Notes: generated from the letters alone by a model not told the origin. DNA of 64,000 nucleotides from an uncultured Phycisphaerales bacterium (GCA_963844715.1 CAWJPJ010000008.1:320001-384000); one strand, 5' to 3'. Shown: positions 1 through 12,480, counted from the first letter of the stretch. Made by a program: numbers and translations.

Positions 1-1918
1 GAGGGATGCGAGGACTCGGGCGAGATCGATCGAGGCATCGTGCGGAACAATCTGTTTGGGTTCGACATTGATCCGGTCGCGATTGAACTGGCGAAGAAGA
101 GTCTGGAGATCAAGACGGGATTGGAGATTCGCGAATTCAATTTGAGGGTCGCCGATGCGCTGTTCGACGTGGAGATGGACGGGCAGTTCGATGTTGTTGC
201 GACGAATCCGCCTTATCTATCGGCGCGGAATCTGGAAGCGGGGCGGATCGCGCGGATGAAGAAAAAGTATCCGGCGGGGTGGCGCGACGCTTACGCGTGT
301 TTCATTCTTAAATCGCTGGAATTGCTGCGGCCGGGGGGCAGGGCGGGGATTTTGTGCATGCACTCGTTCATGTTCACGGGGGCGTTTGAAAAACTGCGGC
401 GGCAGGTTTTCAGCCAGGCAGCGGTGAAGACGGCGGGGCATTTCGGGCCGGGATTATTCGATATTGGGAATCCGGGGACGCTGCAGACCGTGGCGTTTGT
501 GGCTGAAAAACTGGCGGCGGACAAGCGGGGAGTTTTTTTTCGGCTGGTGGAGGAAGACGATAAAGAAGACTCGTTGCGGGAAGCGATTCGGGGGGCGAAG
601 GGATTTGAAGTTTCCGGGGATGAACTGAACGGGTCGCCGCGCGCGGCTTGGATGTATTGGACGGACGGGGCGATTCGGCGGGCGTTTGGGAAGTGCCGGC
701 GGCTGGGGGAGATCGCGCCGCCGCGGCAGGGGCTGGCGACGACGGACAATCTGCGGTTTGTGAGGTATTGGTGGGAAGTGGAAGAGCCGGGATTTTGCGG
801 GGAGCGCGTGCGGTGGATTCCTTATGCCAAGGGGGGGCGGTTTTGCCGGTGGTATGAAGCGGCTCGGCATCGCGTGGATTGGGAAGATGACGGGCGGCGC
901 ATCAAGCGGGCGATCGTGACGCGGTATCCGTATTTGAATGGGCAATGGTCGTGGGTGGCCAAGAACAGCGCGTGGTATGGGCGGGCGGGGATCACCTATT
1001 CGTATCTGACCAGCGGGCGGTTCAGCGCGCGGATGCTGGAGGAGGGGACGTATTTTGACGTAGCGGGGTCGGCGCTGTTTCCGGAGGATCGGCTGACGGT
1101 GCTGGGGATTTTGAATTCTTCAGCGGCCCGAAAGCTGCTGGGGGCGATCAATCCGACGGTGAATTTTCAGGTTGGGGATTTGCGGTTGCTGCCGATGCCG
1201 GATGGAGCGCCGGAAGAATTGCGCGGACGTTGCCGAGGCGGTGAAGTTGAGCCGGGAGCTGGACCGGGGAAATGAAACGAGTCCGGAATTTTCGGGGCCG
1301 CTTTTGACGGATGAGTTTGAGGGGATGGCGCAGAAATTGGCGCAAATCGAGGGGCGACTCGATCGGACCGTGGCGGATTTATACGGGATCGAATGTGAAG
1401 ATGGAGCGGAAAAGCCGTTGGCGCTGGAGCGGGATGAAATCGAGCGGCGGCGAATCAGTTATGCGCTGGGGATTTATCTTGGCCGGTGGGGTGGGGAGAA
1501 GAAAAAAGAGTGGGTTTGCTTGTCGCCGCTGGACGGCGATTTGGAGGAATTTGTTCGCGATAAGACGGGGGAATTGGAAATCGATCGGAGGCGATTTTTA
1601 TCGCGGGAGTTTTCTATTTGGCACAATCGGCTTTATCGGGGGCGGCCGGTGTTTTGGGTGTTTGGGGCGGAGGGGCGGGTCGCGGTGACGGATGGGAGCT
1701 TTGCGAAACGGGAAACGATCGGGGAGATGCTCGATTCGATTGGCGGGAAGCTGCCGCGCGATTGGCGGCGGGTGCCGGATGAGCCGGTCCATTTGAATCT
1801 TGGCCCATTGGCGGATTGGTTGACGGACGGAAAGCTTCGAGAGTCGGTTAGGGAGGCGATCCGCGATCGGGAGATCAGGAGAAAATCGAATTGCGAATCC
1901 GTTCCTCTTCGCGGATGA
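1..1918 (+). CDS. N6-adenine DNA methyltransferase, BREX PglX/Eco57I-like (5' part outside window; frameshift near 1230)
   Basis: Frame is open from base 1. Contains LFGFDID, the NPPY catalytic motif, and PglX-like blocks QGLATTDNLRFVRYWWEV, WIPYAKGG, INPTVNFQVGD and HNRLYRGRPVFW (the last in the 1172..1918 frame). Confidence 0.75.
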
Positions 1919-2305
1919 GTTCGCTGGTGTCCTTGGCGGTGGTGTCCATCTGCCCGATGAATTCGGCTCCGATGAGATAGGATTGGTCTTTCTGCTGGCG
2001 GCAGTGAATGACCTGGCAGATGAGCGGAGCAATGGGGTTGTCGAGGTTCTCGACGGGAAGCTGAACGAGGAAGGTGCTGCCATCCGCGACGGGCTCGTGA
2101 ACGCGAATGGCCAGTCCCGCGCGGAGATGTCTTGCAACTCCGCGGCGATGGTTTTTACGGGGGCGTGATCGGTGTAGGCGCGGATTTCCAGGGCGAGGCG
2201 CAAGTTGACGCGGGGCGCGCGGCGAATATCGCCTTGTTTGTGGGAGGCCGATAATTTCCGCAGTAAGTTGATTGCTTCGGCGAGTCTGGCTTTGGCGGCG
2301 TTCAT
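1875..2305 (-). CDS. PilZ domain (c-di-GMP receptor) protein; frameshift near 2116
   Basis: RRAPR (RxxxR) and DISAR(G) (DxSxxG) motifs. Adding one G to a G-run gives GLAIRV...YLIGAEF, ending in TGA at 1875. Confidence 0.7.
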
Positions 2306-2400
2306 AGATTACCTGTCCCGAATCGGTTTATCGACTGGAAAATCCGCCTACTGAACTTGTAACGGGGACTACGAAGGGAACGGTAAGTTCTGGCGGCGGC

Positions 2401-3428
<1,028 letters not shown>

Positions 3429-3429
<1 letters not shown>

Positions 3430-3815
3430 CAACCGAACCAAAGCAATCCCGACAGGGTGAGGATCAGCACGGTCGCAGTGACGGCGGCGTAAAACCAGTC
3501 GTGCTCTTCAAAGGCGAAGAGGACCGCCGAGACGGCGACGCGCATGACGGGAGTGAGAAGGAGGAGATAGATTCCCAATTCGATAATGCTCTTGCCATGG
3601 CCCTGGCAGATTCCCTGCCAGATGTGGGCGGGGTGGTAATCGAAGGGGTCGCTGGTCATTCTTTCGACGGAGACCGTGCCGTGCACGAAGCTGAAGAGGA
3701 TTCCGACCAGCATGACGGTTAGGGAGACGACCAGGCCGCCGCGGAGAATCCAGCTTGAGGCGTCTTCGATGGCGAGTCGCGGCTGTTTTGGCGGGGATAT
3801 TTGGGAGTCGTTCAT
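3429..3815 (-). CDS. DUF1634-like membrane protein
   Basis: Three hydrophobic segments and GIYLLLLTPVMRV; lies directly downstream of a TauE/SafE gene, its usual partner. Confidence 0.75.
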
Positions 3816-3819
3816 TTGA

Positions 3820-4680
3820 TTAACCGCCGATGCCCAGGCCGCGCAATAGCATTTGAATTCCGATGATCCCCATGGCGGCGGCGAAGATCTTTCGGATCAG
3901 GGCGTTGCTCATGCGTTCCATTAAGAGCGTTCCGGACAGCGCGCCCAGAACGACGGCGATGGCGACGGGGACGACGAGATAGGGCAAAACCATTCCCCGG
4001 CGCAGATAAACGCCGGCGGCGGCGGCGGCGGTGACGCCGATCATGAAATTGCTGGTGGCCGTGGAGACCTTGGCGGGGAGCTTCATGGCAACTTCCTGCG
4101 CGAGGACTTTTACGACACCGGCGCCGATGCCGAGAAGTCCGGAGATGGCGCCGGCGGCGAACATGATGACCGTCGCGGCGGGGACGCCGGTGACGTTGTA
4201 GGGGACGTCGCGGCGGAGATGTTTGTCGTAATAATGGTTGTCCAATCGCAAGAATCGGGCCAGGCGGTCGCTGGGCATCGGTGGGGGGAGTTCTTCGCCG
4301 AACTTGGCGAATACGGGCGCCAGCGAAATAAGCAGGACGGACGCGAACAGGATATCGAGCAGGCGTGGGGAGACATGTCCGGCGAGGAGGCCGGCGCCGA
4401 TGAGGGCTCCGGTGGCGGTGAAAAGTTCCAGGAACATGGCGACGCGAATATTGGTGATCCGGTCCCTGACATAAACGGAACCCGCGCCGCTGCTGGTGGC
4501 GATGATGGAGACGATGCTTGCGGCGATGGCGGCGTCGATGGGAATTTTTAAAAAAAGTGTGAGAAAAGGAACCAGGACGATTCCGCCCCCCAGGCCGCTG
4601 ATGGACCCGATGAGGCCGCCTCCGAACCCGGCGGCGGCGATTTCGAGCAGCCAGAGAATCGAATGTTCGGTTGATGTCAT
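3820..4680 (-). CDS. TauE/SafE family sulfite exporter
   Basis: GLGGG, SGLLGIGAG and ATSNFMIGVTA motifs; multi-TM. Confidence 0.85.
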   Translation of the reverse strand: MTSTEHSILWLLEIAAAGFGGGLIGSISGLGGGIVLVPFLTLFLKIPIDAAIAASIVSIIATSSGAGSVYVRDRITNIRVAMFLELFTATGALIGAGLLAGHVSPRLLDILFASVLLISLAPVFAKFGEELPPPMPSDRLARFLRLDNHYYDKHLRRDVPYNVTGVPAATVIMFAAGAISGLLGIGAGVVKVLAQEVAMKLPAKVSTATSNFMIGVTAAAAAGVYLRRGMVLPYLVVPVAIAVVLGALSGTLLMERMSNALIRKIFAAAMGIIGIQMLLRGLGIGG

Positions 4681-4743
4681 GTTCGTCGGTCACCATATGG
4701 ACATGTTTGAAAACACGCAACGCGCGGCATGCCTATAATCCCG

Positions 4744-5692
4744 GCGTGGCAGCGAACGAGCACATGCAGTGCATGGAAGTTTGGGGCGGCAGCGAGACAA
4801 CGCGCCGGGGTGTCGAGATGGGCGGCATGGACGCATGGGTCTATAGCCGTCCGTTTGGGGAAGCGGAAGATGGCGGGGACGTTTACTATGCATCAAGCTG
4901 CGCGACGGGGCGGATCAACCGCTTGATGCTGGCCGACGTGGCGGGGCACGGGAAAGCGGTTGCGGCAACGGCGGCTTCGCTGCGGACGCTGATGCGGCGA
5001 TACGTCAATTTTCTGGATCAAAAGAAATTTGTGCGCTCGATGAATCAGCAGTTTGCGGCAATGAGCCAGGACGGGTGCTTCGCGACGGCGCTGGTCAGCA
5101 CATTTTTCGCGCCGACGCGGAAACTGTCGATCTGCAATGCGGGGCATCCTCGGCCGCTGATCTATCGGGCGGCGGAAAAGAAGTGGTCGATCCTGGAGCA
5201 CACGGAGGCGGAGGACCGCCGGCCTAGCAATATTCCGCTGGGGATTCTCGATCTGGCGGAGTATGAGCAATTCGAGGTGCAACTGAATGTGGGGGACTTG
5301 GTGATCTTCTATACCGATGCGCTGACGGAAGCGCGGACGAAAGACGGCGAATTGCTTGGAGAGGCGGGGCTGCTGGAGATTGTCGAGGGATTGGATCGGC
5401 GCGATCCGGAGAAATTTATCGATGGCTTGCTGGAACAAGTGGGGGCGAGGCACGTGGGGAATCTGTCGAGCGACGATGTGACGATCTTGCTGCTCTGCCC
5501 GAACGGGCGGCGGCCGAACTATTCGTTTGGGGAAAAGCTTTGGCGCAGGCTCGGTTGATGGGGAAGTTGATTCGGGCGATCGATCCGCGCGCGGAGCGCC
5601 TGCCGCTGCCGGACCTGAACCTGGCAAATATTGGCGGAGCAATCATTCCGCGGTTGGGGAAGCGATCGAGCGCGGGGGCAAAAAAATGCTGA
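4744..5692 (+). CDS. PP2C/SpoIIE-family protein phosphatase (probable C-terminal frameshift near 5545)
   Basis: GGD, ADVAGHG, NAGH, YTDALTE and DDVT motifs; start uncertain. Confidence 0.85.
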
Positions 5693-5749
5693 ATGATGAG
5701 TTCTGAACGATGAATTAAATTCAGCATTCATCACTCATCATTCAGCATT
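5685..5749. repeat. Heptamer-derived palindrome between convergent genes (possible bidirectional terminator)
   Basis: Perfect 17-bp inverted repeat AATGCTGAATGATGAGT (5685-5701) / ACTCATCATTCAGCATT (5733-5749). Confidence 0.75.
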
Positions 5750-5755
5750 GTCTTC

Positions 5756-5977
5756 TTAAGCCGCCTGTTCGGCGTGTTGTTCCACACCAAAATCGAGCAG
5801 CTCATCCAGAGTTTGTTCGAGTCTTCGCTCGGCGTTTCGAATATCGGGGGTGGCGACGCCGGTGCGGCGGTGGGCCAGCAGGCGGCTGAGACCGTCGGGC
5901 CGGGCCAGGGCATCGACGAGCTTGGCGTCGATGAGGTTTTCGATGGCTTTGCGAAGACTTTCGACTTGCGGGGTCAT
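5756..5977 (-). CDS. Small hypothetical protein (73 aa) downstream of the c-di-AMP riboswitch
   Basis: ATG at 5977 preceded by an AGGAG RBS; helical-looking sequence MTPQVESLRKAIENLIDAKL... Confidence 0.7.
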   Translation of the reverse strand: MTPQVESLRKAIENLIDAKLVDALARPDGLSRLLAHRRTGVATPDIRNAERRLEQTLDELLDFGVEQHAEQAA

Positions 5978-6020
5978 GGCAGTATCTCCTGCGTCGTCGA
6001 GACGCGAGCAAGGCTCACAT

Positions 6021-6042
6021 GAAAACGCCGACGAATCGGCAC
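6021..6042 (-). terminator. Candidate intrinsic terminator (riboswitch expression platform)
   Basis: Minus strand GTGCCGA-TTCG-TCGGCGT-TTTC: stem, UUCG loop and short U-tract. Confidence 0.45.
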
Positions 6043-6102
6043 GATCGCGCGAGCGGACCAAACAACGGCAGGATCGAGACGCCTCTGAGGCGCATTGATC
6101 CC

Positions 6103-6345
6103 TTTCACGTGCCGACGGAGTTAGCTGACGGGCTGGGAGTTGAAAGTCTCCCTCGGCGGGCACAAGAGGTGAAATGAATGGAGCCGCTCACCCAGTTGTG
6201 CCAAACGCCACCGATACGCCCCGATTCGCAGCGACCCCTCGTCAAAGGCATCCACAGGTCGCAAACGAATTACGCCAAGTCGAACAAACCTCAGCGTTGG
6301 GTTCTCCGCGCCGTCCGAGTGCCGGACGGCTTAGGCGGTCAAGCG
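6103..6345 (-). ncRNA. Cyclic di-AMP (ydaO/yuaA) riboswitch
   Basis: Minus strand CCGCCTAAGCC...GGCGCGGAGAACCCA...GGGGCGTATC...GGGAGACTTTCAACTCCCAGCCCGTCAGCTAACTCCGTCGGC follows the ydaO consensus, with CGGAG/CTCCG complementarity. Confidence 0.85.
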
Positions 6346-6567
6346 AAAGCGGATTTTAAAAATGATGAGGGGCATGTCAATGAAAAGATTGGCGTAAAGG
6401 GGCCAAAAATAAAAAAATTTTCTGTGTGATTTATGCACATTTGCAATGTGGAGAGGGTCTGGAGCGATCCACAGTTGCCACGGAATGGCATCGCATCGAC
6501 AATAAAAGGCAGTCGCCGAGGTGGGATCGCGGAACTGCAAGATCGGCAATACCGAACCGGAGGCTCT

Positions 6568-7429
6568 ATGAAGAAAATAATTCGCCGCATGATTTTGGGC
6601 GTTGTTGTGCTGGTGGTGGTTGTACTGGTGATTGTCTGGTTCAGCTTAAATTCGATTGTGCGAAATGCGATTCAGAGCGGGGCGACGGCTTCCTTGAACG
6701 TTCCGACGACGCTTGAAGCCGTGGCGCTCTCGCCGATCGGCGGGACCGTGGGGCTGACGGGTTTGGATGTGGGCTCGCCGCAGGGCTACACGGCGCCGCA
6801 CATGTTGGTGGTGGGCGGACTTAAGGTTGCCGTGAGCTATGGACAACTTCTTGGCAATCCCGTGCATATCCAGAAGATCGAGATCGACGCGCCGCAACTG
6901 ACGGTTGAGCAATCGAGCGGGAAATTGAATTTGCAGGCGGTGATGGATCAGTCGTCATCGTCGTCGAGCAGTTCGAGCACCGGGAGCGGGGCGGCGGCGC
7001 CGCCTTCGTCTTCGTCGCAGACCAAACTCATTATCGACGAATTGGATGTGACTAACGCGCAGGTGAGTTTTCTGCCGGGGCTGCCGGGGATGACCAAGGA
7101 GCAGGACGTGACGGTGCCTTCGCTGACGCTGAAGAATATTGGGAATTCGGATAACGCGCGAGAATGGGGCGGCGTTCAAGGATGTCATTATGCAGGTTTG
7201 CACGGGGCTGGCCGGGAAGGCGGGTCAGTCGGCGGGGTTGGGTCAGCTTACGTCGCAGCTTAATCAGGTTGGGTCGCAACTGGGGCAGTCGTTTCAATCG
7301 CAGGTTCAGAATAGCGTCGGGCAGGGCGTTGGAAATATATTGGGGGGCAATGGGAACAATAGCGCGGGGCAGGGCGTGCAACAGCAACTGAACGGCCTGT
7401 TCGGTTCGAGCGGGAAGAAGAGCCAGTAG
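6568..7429 (+). CDS. AsmA-like membrane-anchored protein (frameshift near 7160)
   Basis: GGAGG RBS, N-terminal TM helix, beta-rich AsmA-like region and Ser-rich linker. Confidence 0.6.
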
Positions 7430-7446
7430 GTTTTCGGAGGCGCGGC

Positions 7447-8627
7447 ATGGTTCGACGGTGGTGGTGGCTGGCTGGGGCGATGGTCCTGCTCTGCTGTTCG
7501 CTCCTGCCGTGCGCCAGGGGGTGGTGCGGACGATTGATGGGCGATCGATCGAGGGGGACGTGGCCGATGATCCGAACAGCGACACCGTGACAATTTCAGT
7601 CGGGAACGCGCAGGTCGCGGTTGAGCGGACGGATATCCTCTCCATCGACTATGGGGACGATATCGCCAAGCAGTTCAAGCAGCGGCTGGCGCAACTTCCG
7701 GGGACGGATATCCGCAGCCGATTGGAACTGAGTCGCTGGGCCCTGGATAAGAATGAGTATGCGCTGGCCCGTCAGGCGGCGCAGGAAGTGATGCGGATCG
7801 ATCCCGGGAACGTGGATGCGGCGACTTTGCTGGACACGATAGCCGCCAAGGAGAACCTGAATTCCCGGAAGCAGGGGCCGGTGACGGAGCCGTCGGATAT
7901 GTATACCGGGCCGGGGGTTACGCCGCTGGTGGCGCCGGCGGGGAATTTTCTTTCCGATGACCAGATCAACGTGATCCGGCAGCAGGAGCTGAGGTCGGAC
8001 GACACGGTCCGGGTGAGGTTCGACGCGGGGGTGGTGGCCCGATACCTGCGCGAGAGCGGGCAGGACCCGGCGGAATTCGCGGCGATGGATCCGACGGAAC
8101 AGGCGCTGCGCGTCATCGGGCTGGGCGATCCGTATTTGTCGGCGGGAGTGAAAATCCTTTCCGATCCGGGGGCGCTGGAAGTGTTTCACCGGCGGATCGA
8201 GCCGAAGATTCTGGTCGGCTGCGCGGCGGCGGGATGCCATGGGGATTCGGGGACGGCGGGGGATTTTTTTCTGTATCGGGACGCGGTGGCGACGCCTCAG
8301 TGGTATACGAACTTTTATATTCTTCAGCAGTATCGGCTGAAGCTGGATTCGCAGCCTTCGGTGTGGGGGAAGGGGCAATTGGAACGGCGGATGGTGGATC
8401 GGACGCATCCGAGCCAGTCGCTGCTGATTCAGTTTGGACTGCCGCGGGCGGACGCGGAGCTTCCGCATCCGGCGGTGAACGGGTGGAATCCGCTGTTTAC
8501 GGGGGACCAGGATCCGTACTACGCCGAGATGACGAATTGGATCGGGCAATCGCTGATTCCGCTTGATCCGGATTATGGGTTTAAGTTTGACTTGCCGACG
8601 GGCGTGCCGCCGGCGACTCAGCCTTGA
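7447..8627 (+). CDS. Exported protein with TPR-like region and CxxxxCH (GCAAAGCHG) motif
   Basis: GGAGG-ATG at 7447 with a signal-like N-terminus that frameshifts into the 7458 ORF; ends in PPATQP. Confidence 0.55.
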
Positions 8628-9106
8628 TGCGGGAGGCGCGGGTGTCCCCGGAGTATTTTCTGATCTTTCTGGCCATGCTGACCGGGGCGGCGGCGACGGC
8701 GCAGATTGCCGCGACGAAAAAGCGGCGGCGAAGCTTGCGCGGGCTGGCGACGCAGTGGCAGATGCACTTTGTGCCGTGGGACCGGCTGAGGTTGGGGGAG
8801 AGAATATCGGGGAAGATCCCGGTGCTGGGGGCGGCGGATGTGAGGGTGATGGATCTGCTTTTCCGTACCGAGGGGCATCGGCATCGGTATGTTTTCACAG
8901 TGGAGTACGGGGTGGGGATCATCCGGGGGAAGCGGCGGCGAAAGAGGGTCGCGGGGTTCGATGAGCCGGTGCGGCGCGGGTCGGGTTCGCCGGTGCCGTA
9001 TGAGTTGGAACTGATGATCGCGCCGGAGTCGATGCCGATGCTGGATGCTTATCGGCATGTGTGGCAGAGGCTGTCGCCGTCGCAGATCGGGCCGGGGGCC
9101 GTATAA
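8624..9106 (+). CDS. Hypothetical membrane-anchored protein
   Basis: Overlaps the upstream stop codon; N-terminal TM helix. Confidence 0.55.
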   Translation: MMREARVSPEYFLIFLAMLTGAAATAQIAATKKRRRSLRGLATQWQMHFVPWDRLRLGERISGKIPVLGAADVRVMDLLFRTEGHRHRYVFTVEYGVGIIRGKRRRKRVAGFDEPVRRGSGSPVPYELELMIAPESMPMLDAYRHVWQRLSPSQIGPGAV

Positions 9107-9117
9107 TCCCGGCCTGG

Positions 9118-9984
9118 ATGAGGTTAAGCCAAATTACAATTCTTGGCGTCGGGTTGCTTGGAGGCTCCATCGGGCTGGCTGTGCGCGCGGTTGAGCCGAA
9201 GTGCAAAATCATTGGGTGGGGGCATCGGGCATCGTCGCTGGAGAAGGCGAAGCAGATTGGGGCGATCGATCTGGCGGAGACGGACCTTGCGCTGTCGGTA
9301 AAGGGGTCCGATCTGGTGATTCTTTGCACGCCGGTGGGGACGTTTGAAAAGATTCTGCGCCAGATCGGGCCTTCGCTGGCGGCGGGGTGCGTCGTGACGG
9401 ATGTGGGGAGCACAAAGCGGTCGATCGTGAAAAGCGCGGAGGGGATTTTGCCGAAATCGGTTCATTTCGTGGGGAGCCACCCGATCGCGGGGAGCGAAAA
9501 GCGCGGGGTGGAGTATGCGCGCACGGATTTATTTCGGCATGCGCTGTGTATCGTGACACCGACGAAGAAGACCCCGGCGGCGGCGATCAAGGGCGTCGAG
9601 AGCTTTTGGAAAAAGCTGGAGATGCGGGTGGTGCGAATGTCGCCGGAGGAGCATGACCGGCATCTGGCGGATGTGAGCCATCTGCCGCATCTGATGGCCG
9701 CGGCGATGGTGGCGATGCAGGAGGATTCGTCGGTTGATTTTTGCGGGCAGGGGTTTCTGGACGCGACGCGAATTGCCGGGGGGGACGCCGGACTTTGGCG
9801 GGATATTCTGATGGATAACGCCGGAAATGTGCGCGATGGAATCGAACGATTGCACGATCAGATCGAGCGGGTAATGGCGATTTTGAAAAAAGGGGATGGG
9901 CAGGCACTGGAGAAGTGGCTGGCCGCGGCGGCGGCGCGGCGGGAAAAAATCATGGAGAGGAAATTGCGCTCGCGGCGCGACTGA
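9118..9984 (+). CDS. tyrA: Prephenate/arogenate dehydrogenase
   Basis: GVGLLGGS Rossmann motif, DVGSTK, HPIAGSE, SHLPH and TRIAG. Confidence 0.9.
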   Translation: MRLSQITILGVGLLGGSIGLAVRAVEPKCKIIGWGHRASSLEKAKQIGAIDLAETDLALSVKGSDLVILCTPVGTFEKILRQIGPSLAAGCVVTDVGSTKRSIVKSAEGILPKSVHFVGSHPIAGSEKRGVEYARTDLFRHALCIVTPTKKTPAAAIKGVESFWKKLEMRVVRMSPEEHDRHLADVSHLPHLMAAAMVAMQEDSSVDFCGQGFLDATRIAGGDAGLWRDILMDNAGNVRDGIERLHDQIERVMAILKKGDGQALEKWLAAAAARREKIMERKLRSRRD

Positions 9985-9998
9985 CGCCCCGCGCCGCG

Positions 9999-10175
9999 TT
10001 AAGGCTGATTCTTCCCAATTACAAAATAGAGAATGACGCCGATTGGGCCCAGAAGCAGGACGATGACGGCCCACAGAATCTTTGTCTCGGTTTTGGCTGG
10101 GCTGGTGACGATCACGTAGATCGTGTAAACACTAAGTGCCAATAGCACCAGCCAAATAATCGGGTATCCAAACAT
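9999..10175 (-). CDS. Small membrane protein with PLDc_N-like domain (58 aa, absent from the ORF track)
   Basis: AGGAGG RBS; MFGYPIIWLVLLALSVYTIYVIVTSPAKTETKILWAVIVLLLGPIGVILYFVIGKNQP, with a K..W...P.G..LY pattern. Confidence 0.7.
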   Translation of the reverse strand: MFGYPIIWLVLLALSVYTIYVIVTSPAKTETKILWAVIVLLLGPIGVILYFVIGKNQP

Positions 10176-10208
10176 GGATGCCTCCTCGCGGTGAATCCCC
10201 TTTTCGCG

Positions 10209-10550
10209 TTACGGCAACAGACCCGGCGGAATTCCCATCTCGCTGGCGATCCGGTCCATTTCCTGTTTCATAAATTGCGCGGCCTTGGATTGAGCGGCAC
10301 GGACGGCGGCGGCGATCATGTCCTCCATCAGTTCGGTGTTCGACGCGTCGACGCGCAATTTGTCGATGCGAATTTTTAGAAGTTCGAGTTTGCCGTTGAC
10401 GGTGGCGACGATGCGGCCTTCACCGGCGTCGGCGGTGATTTCCTTGCGGGCGAGTTCCTCCTGCATGGCGTTCATTTTTTCCTTGAGGAGTTTGCCCTGT
10501 TTCATGAGTTCGCCGAGGCCGCCGAGATTTTTCAACGCGTCAAAGACCAT
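10209..10550 (-). CDS. ybaB: YbaB/EbfC nucleoid-associated protein
   Basis: Family-like sequence (MEDMIAAAV); immediately downstream of dnaX. Confidence 0.85.
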   Translation of the reverse strand: MVFDALKNLGGLGELMKQGKLLKEKMNAMQEELARKEITADAGEGRIVATVNGKLELLKIRIDKLRVDASNTELMEDMIAAAVRAAQSKAAQFMKQEMDRIASEMGIPPGLLP

Positions 10551-10559
10551 ATTTTCCTT

Positions 10560-12353
10560 TCATTCACAGCGCACGACTTCGCCGCCGAATTCCTTGAGGA
10601 CGGCCTGGACGAGCGGGTCGGAGTGGATTTCCGGGGGAATTTCGACGGAGACGCGCGGCGCGGATGCCGGAGGGTCGGCGACGGCGGTCTGGCCGGCGGT
10701 TTGAACGGCGGGCGCGGCGCCGGGTGGGGTAACTTCGAATTTCAGCTCGACCGGCTGGCCGCGGATTTGGGAGAGGGTTCGGCCGATGATTTCGCGCTTG
10801 CCGTTGGAGGCCCAGGCTTTGGCGAAAGTTTCGCCGCCACTGCTGAAGCGGATGACGGCTTGGCCGTTTTGAAGAGATTCGAGGGTCGCCAGATTCAGTC
10901 CTGCGATGAGAGCGGAGCCGTGGGGTTTGAGCATGGCGATGAGGCGCGGCCAGATTTTTACGACGTCGTCGTCGTTGATGGGGACGACGGAGGGCTCGGG
11001 GGCGGGGGCGTCTGAGTGCGATTCCCCCTCGTAAGGTACGCTGGGGGAGGGGAATGAGGCGGATTCTTGCGATGGCGCGGGGCGGCCGGTTCTACGGTCT
11101 GCCCCTCACCCATCGTGCCGAAACTAGCGGAAGAGGACAGGGAGTGCTCTCCCCGTGAGTACACGGGGAGAGGGGATGAAGAGTCAGCGCTTACCGGTTG
11201 CGGGGGCTTTTTTTTTAATTCGGAGGGGGCGCCGGCCAGGAGTTGGTTTATGGATTGGAATTGACCGGACAGGGTCAGGCGGACCAGGGTTGCGTCGAGC
11301 AGGGCGCGGCCGGTTTGATTGGCGCGCATGTTCCTTCGCAGTTCTTCGATGATGGCGATGTTTTGGGAAAGTGCGGCTGGGTCGAATTTTTCGGCCAGGG
11401 CGGCGAGCTTGGGGTCGGCGGGGATGTCGAGAAGATCGGCAGCGGATGGGCCGCAGGCGCGGAGGATCAATAAATTGCGGAACTGGTCGCTTAGGACGGA
11501 GAGGAGCGTGTCGGGGGAGAGGCCGGCGGCGATCATTTCCTCGACCTGCGAGAGGACGGCTTTGACGTCGGCGCTGCCGATGGATTCGGTGAGTTGATTG
11601 ACGAGCTGCGTGCGCGGGGAGGCCGAGCATTTGCTCGATCATTTTGGCGGTCAGACGTTTTTCGCCGAGGCTGAGGAGGCGATCGAGGAGGGAGAGGGAA
11701 TCACGCATGGAGCCGTTGCCGGCGCGGGCGACGAGGGCCAGGGCGTCTTCGTCGGCGTCGATCTTTTCCTGCTTGCAGATGTTCTTCAGGTGCCCGGCGA
11801 TTTCGCGCGAGGAGATATTTCGGAAGTCATAGCGCTGGCAGCGGGAGAGAATCGTGGGGAGGACTTTTTCGGGCTCCGTCGTGGCGAGGATGAACTTCAC
11901 GTGTTCCGGGGGCTCCTCGAGGGTCTTGAGCAGCGCGTTGAAGGCCGATTTACTGAGCATGTGCACTTCGTCGATGATGTAGACCTTGAATCGGGAGCGG
12001 GCGGGGCGGTAGCGGCTGTTTTCGATGATCTCGCGGACGTTATCGACGCCGGTGTTGCTGGCGGCGTCGATCTCGATGACGTCGATGTCGTCGCCGCGGG
12101 CGATGGAGAGGCAGGAATCGCATTTTCCGCAGGGAGCGGGGGTGGGACCCTTGGCGTTCTGGCAATTCAGGGCTTTGGCGAGGATTCGGGCCATGCTGGT
12201 CTTGCCGGTGCCTCGGGTGCCGCAGAAGAGGTAGGCATGGGCCAAACGGTCGGTTTCTATGGCCTTTTTGAGGGTCTGGGCGATGTGTTGCTGGCCGACG
12301 ACCTCGTCAAAGGTGCCTGAGCGGTATCTGCGGGCCAGGACGGTGTAGGACAT
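10560..12353 (-). CDS. dnaX: DNA polymerase III subunit gamma/tau (split over three ORFs)
   Basis: [14 protein letters not shown] Walker A, Zn module CxxCxxC, IDEVHML, TILSRCQ and C-terminal [13 protein letters not shown]. Confidence 0.9.
11101..11176. repeat. REP-like palindromic element inside the dnaX linker (copy 1)
   Basis: Hairpin CTCTCCCCGTG-AGTA-CACGGGGAGAG; similar to 43484-43556. Confidence 0.65.
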
Positions 12354-12480
12354 ATAACACCCGCAGTTTAGCAGAGCGGGCGGGGGGAATGTAGGGGGAG
12401 TTTTGTGGCCAAAATCGACGGGTATGTTATAGTAAGGGTCGTCACTTCGTTTGGGGCAGGAAAATTTTGGAGGAAGCGTT

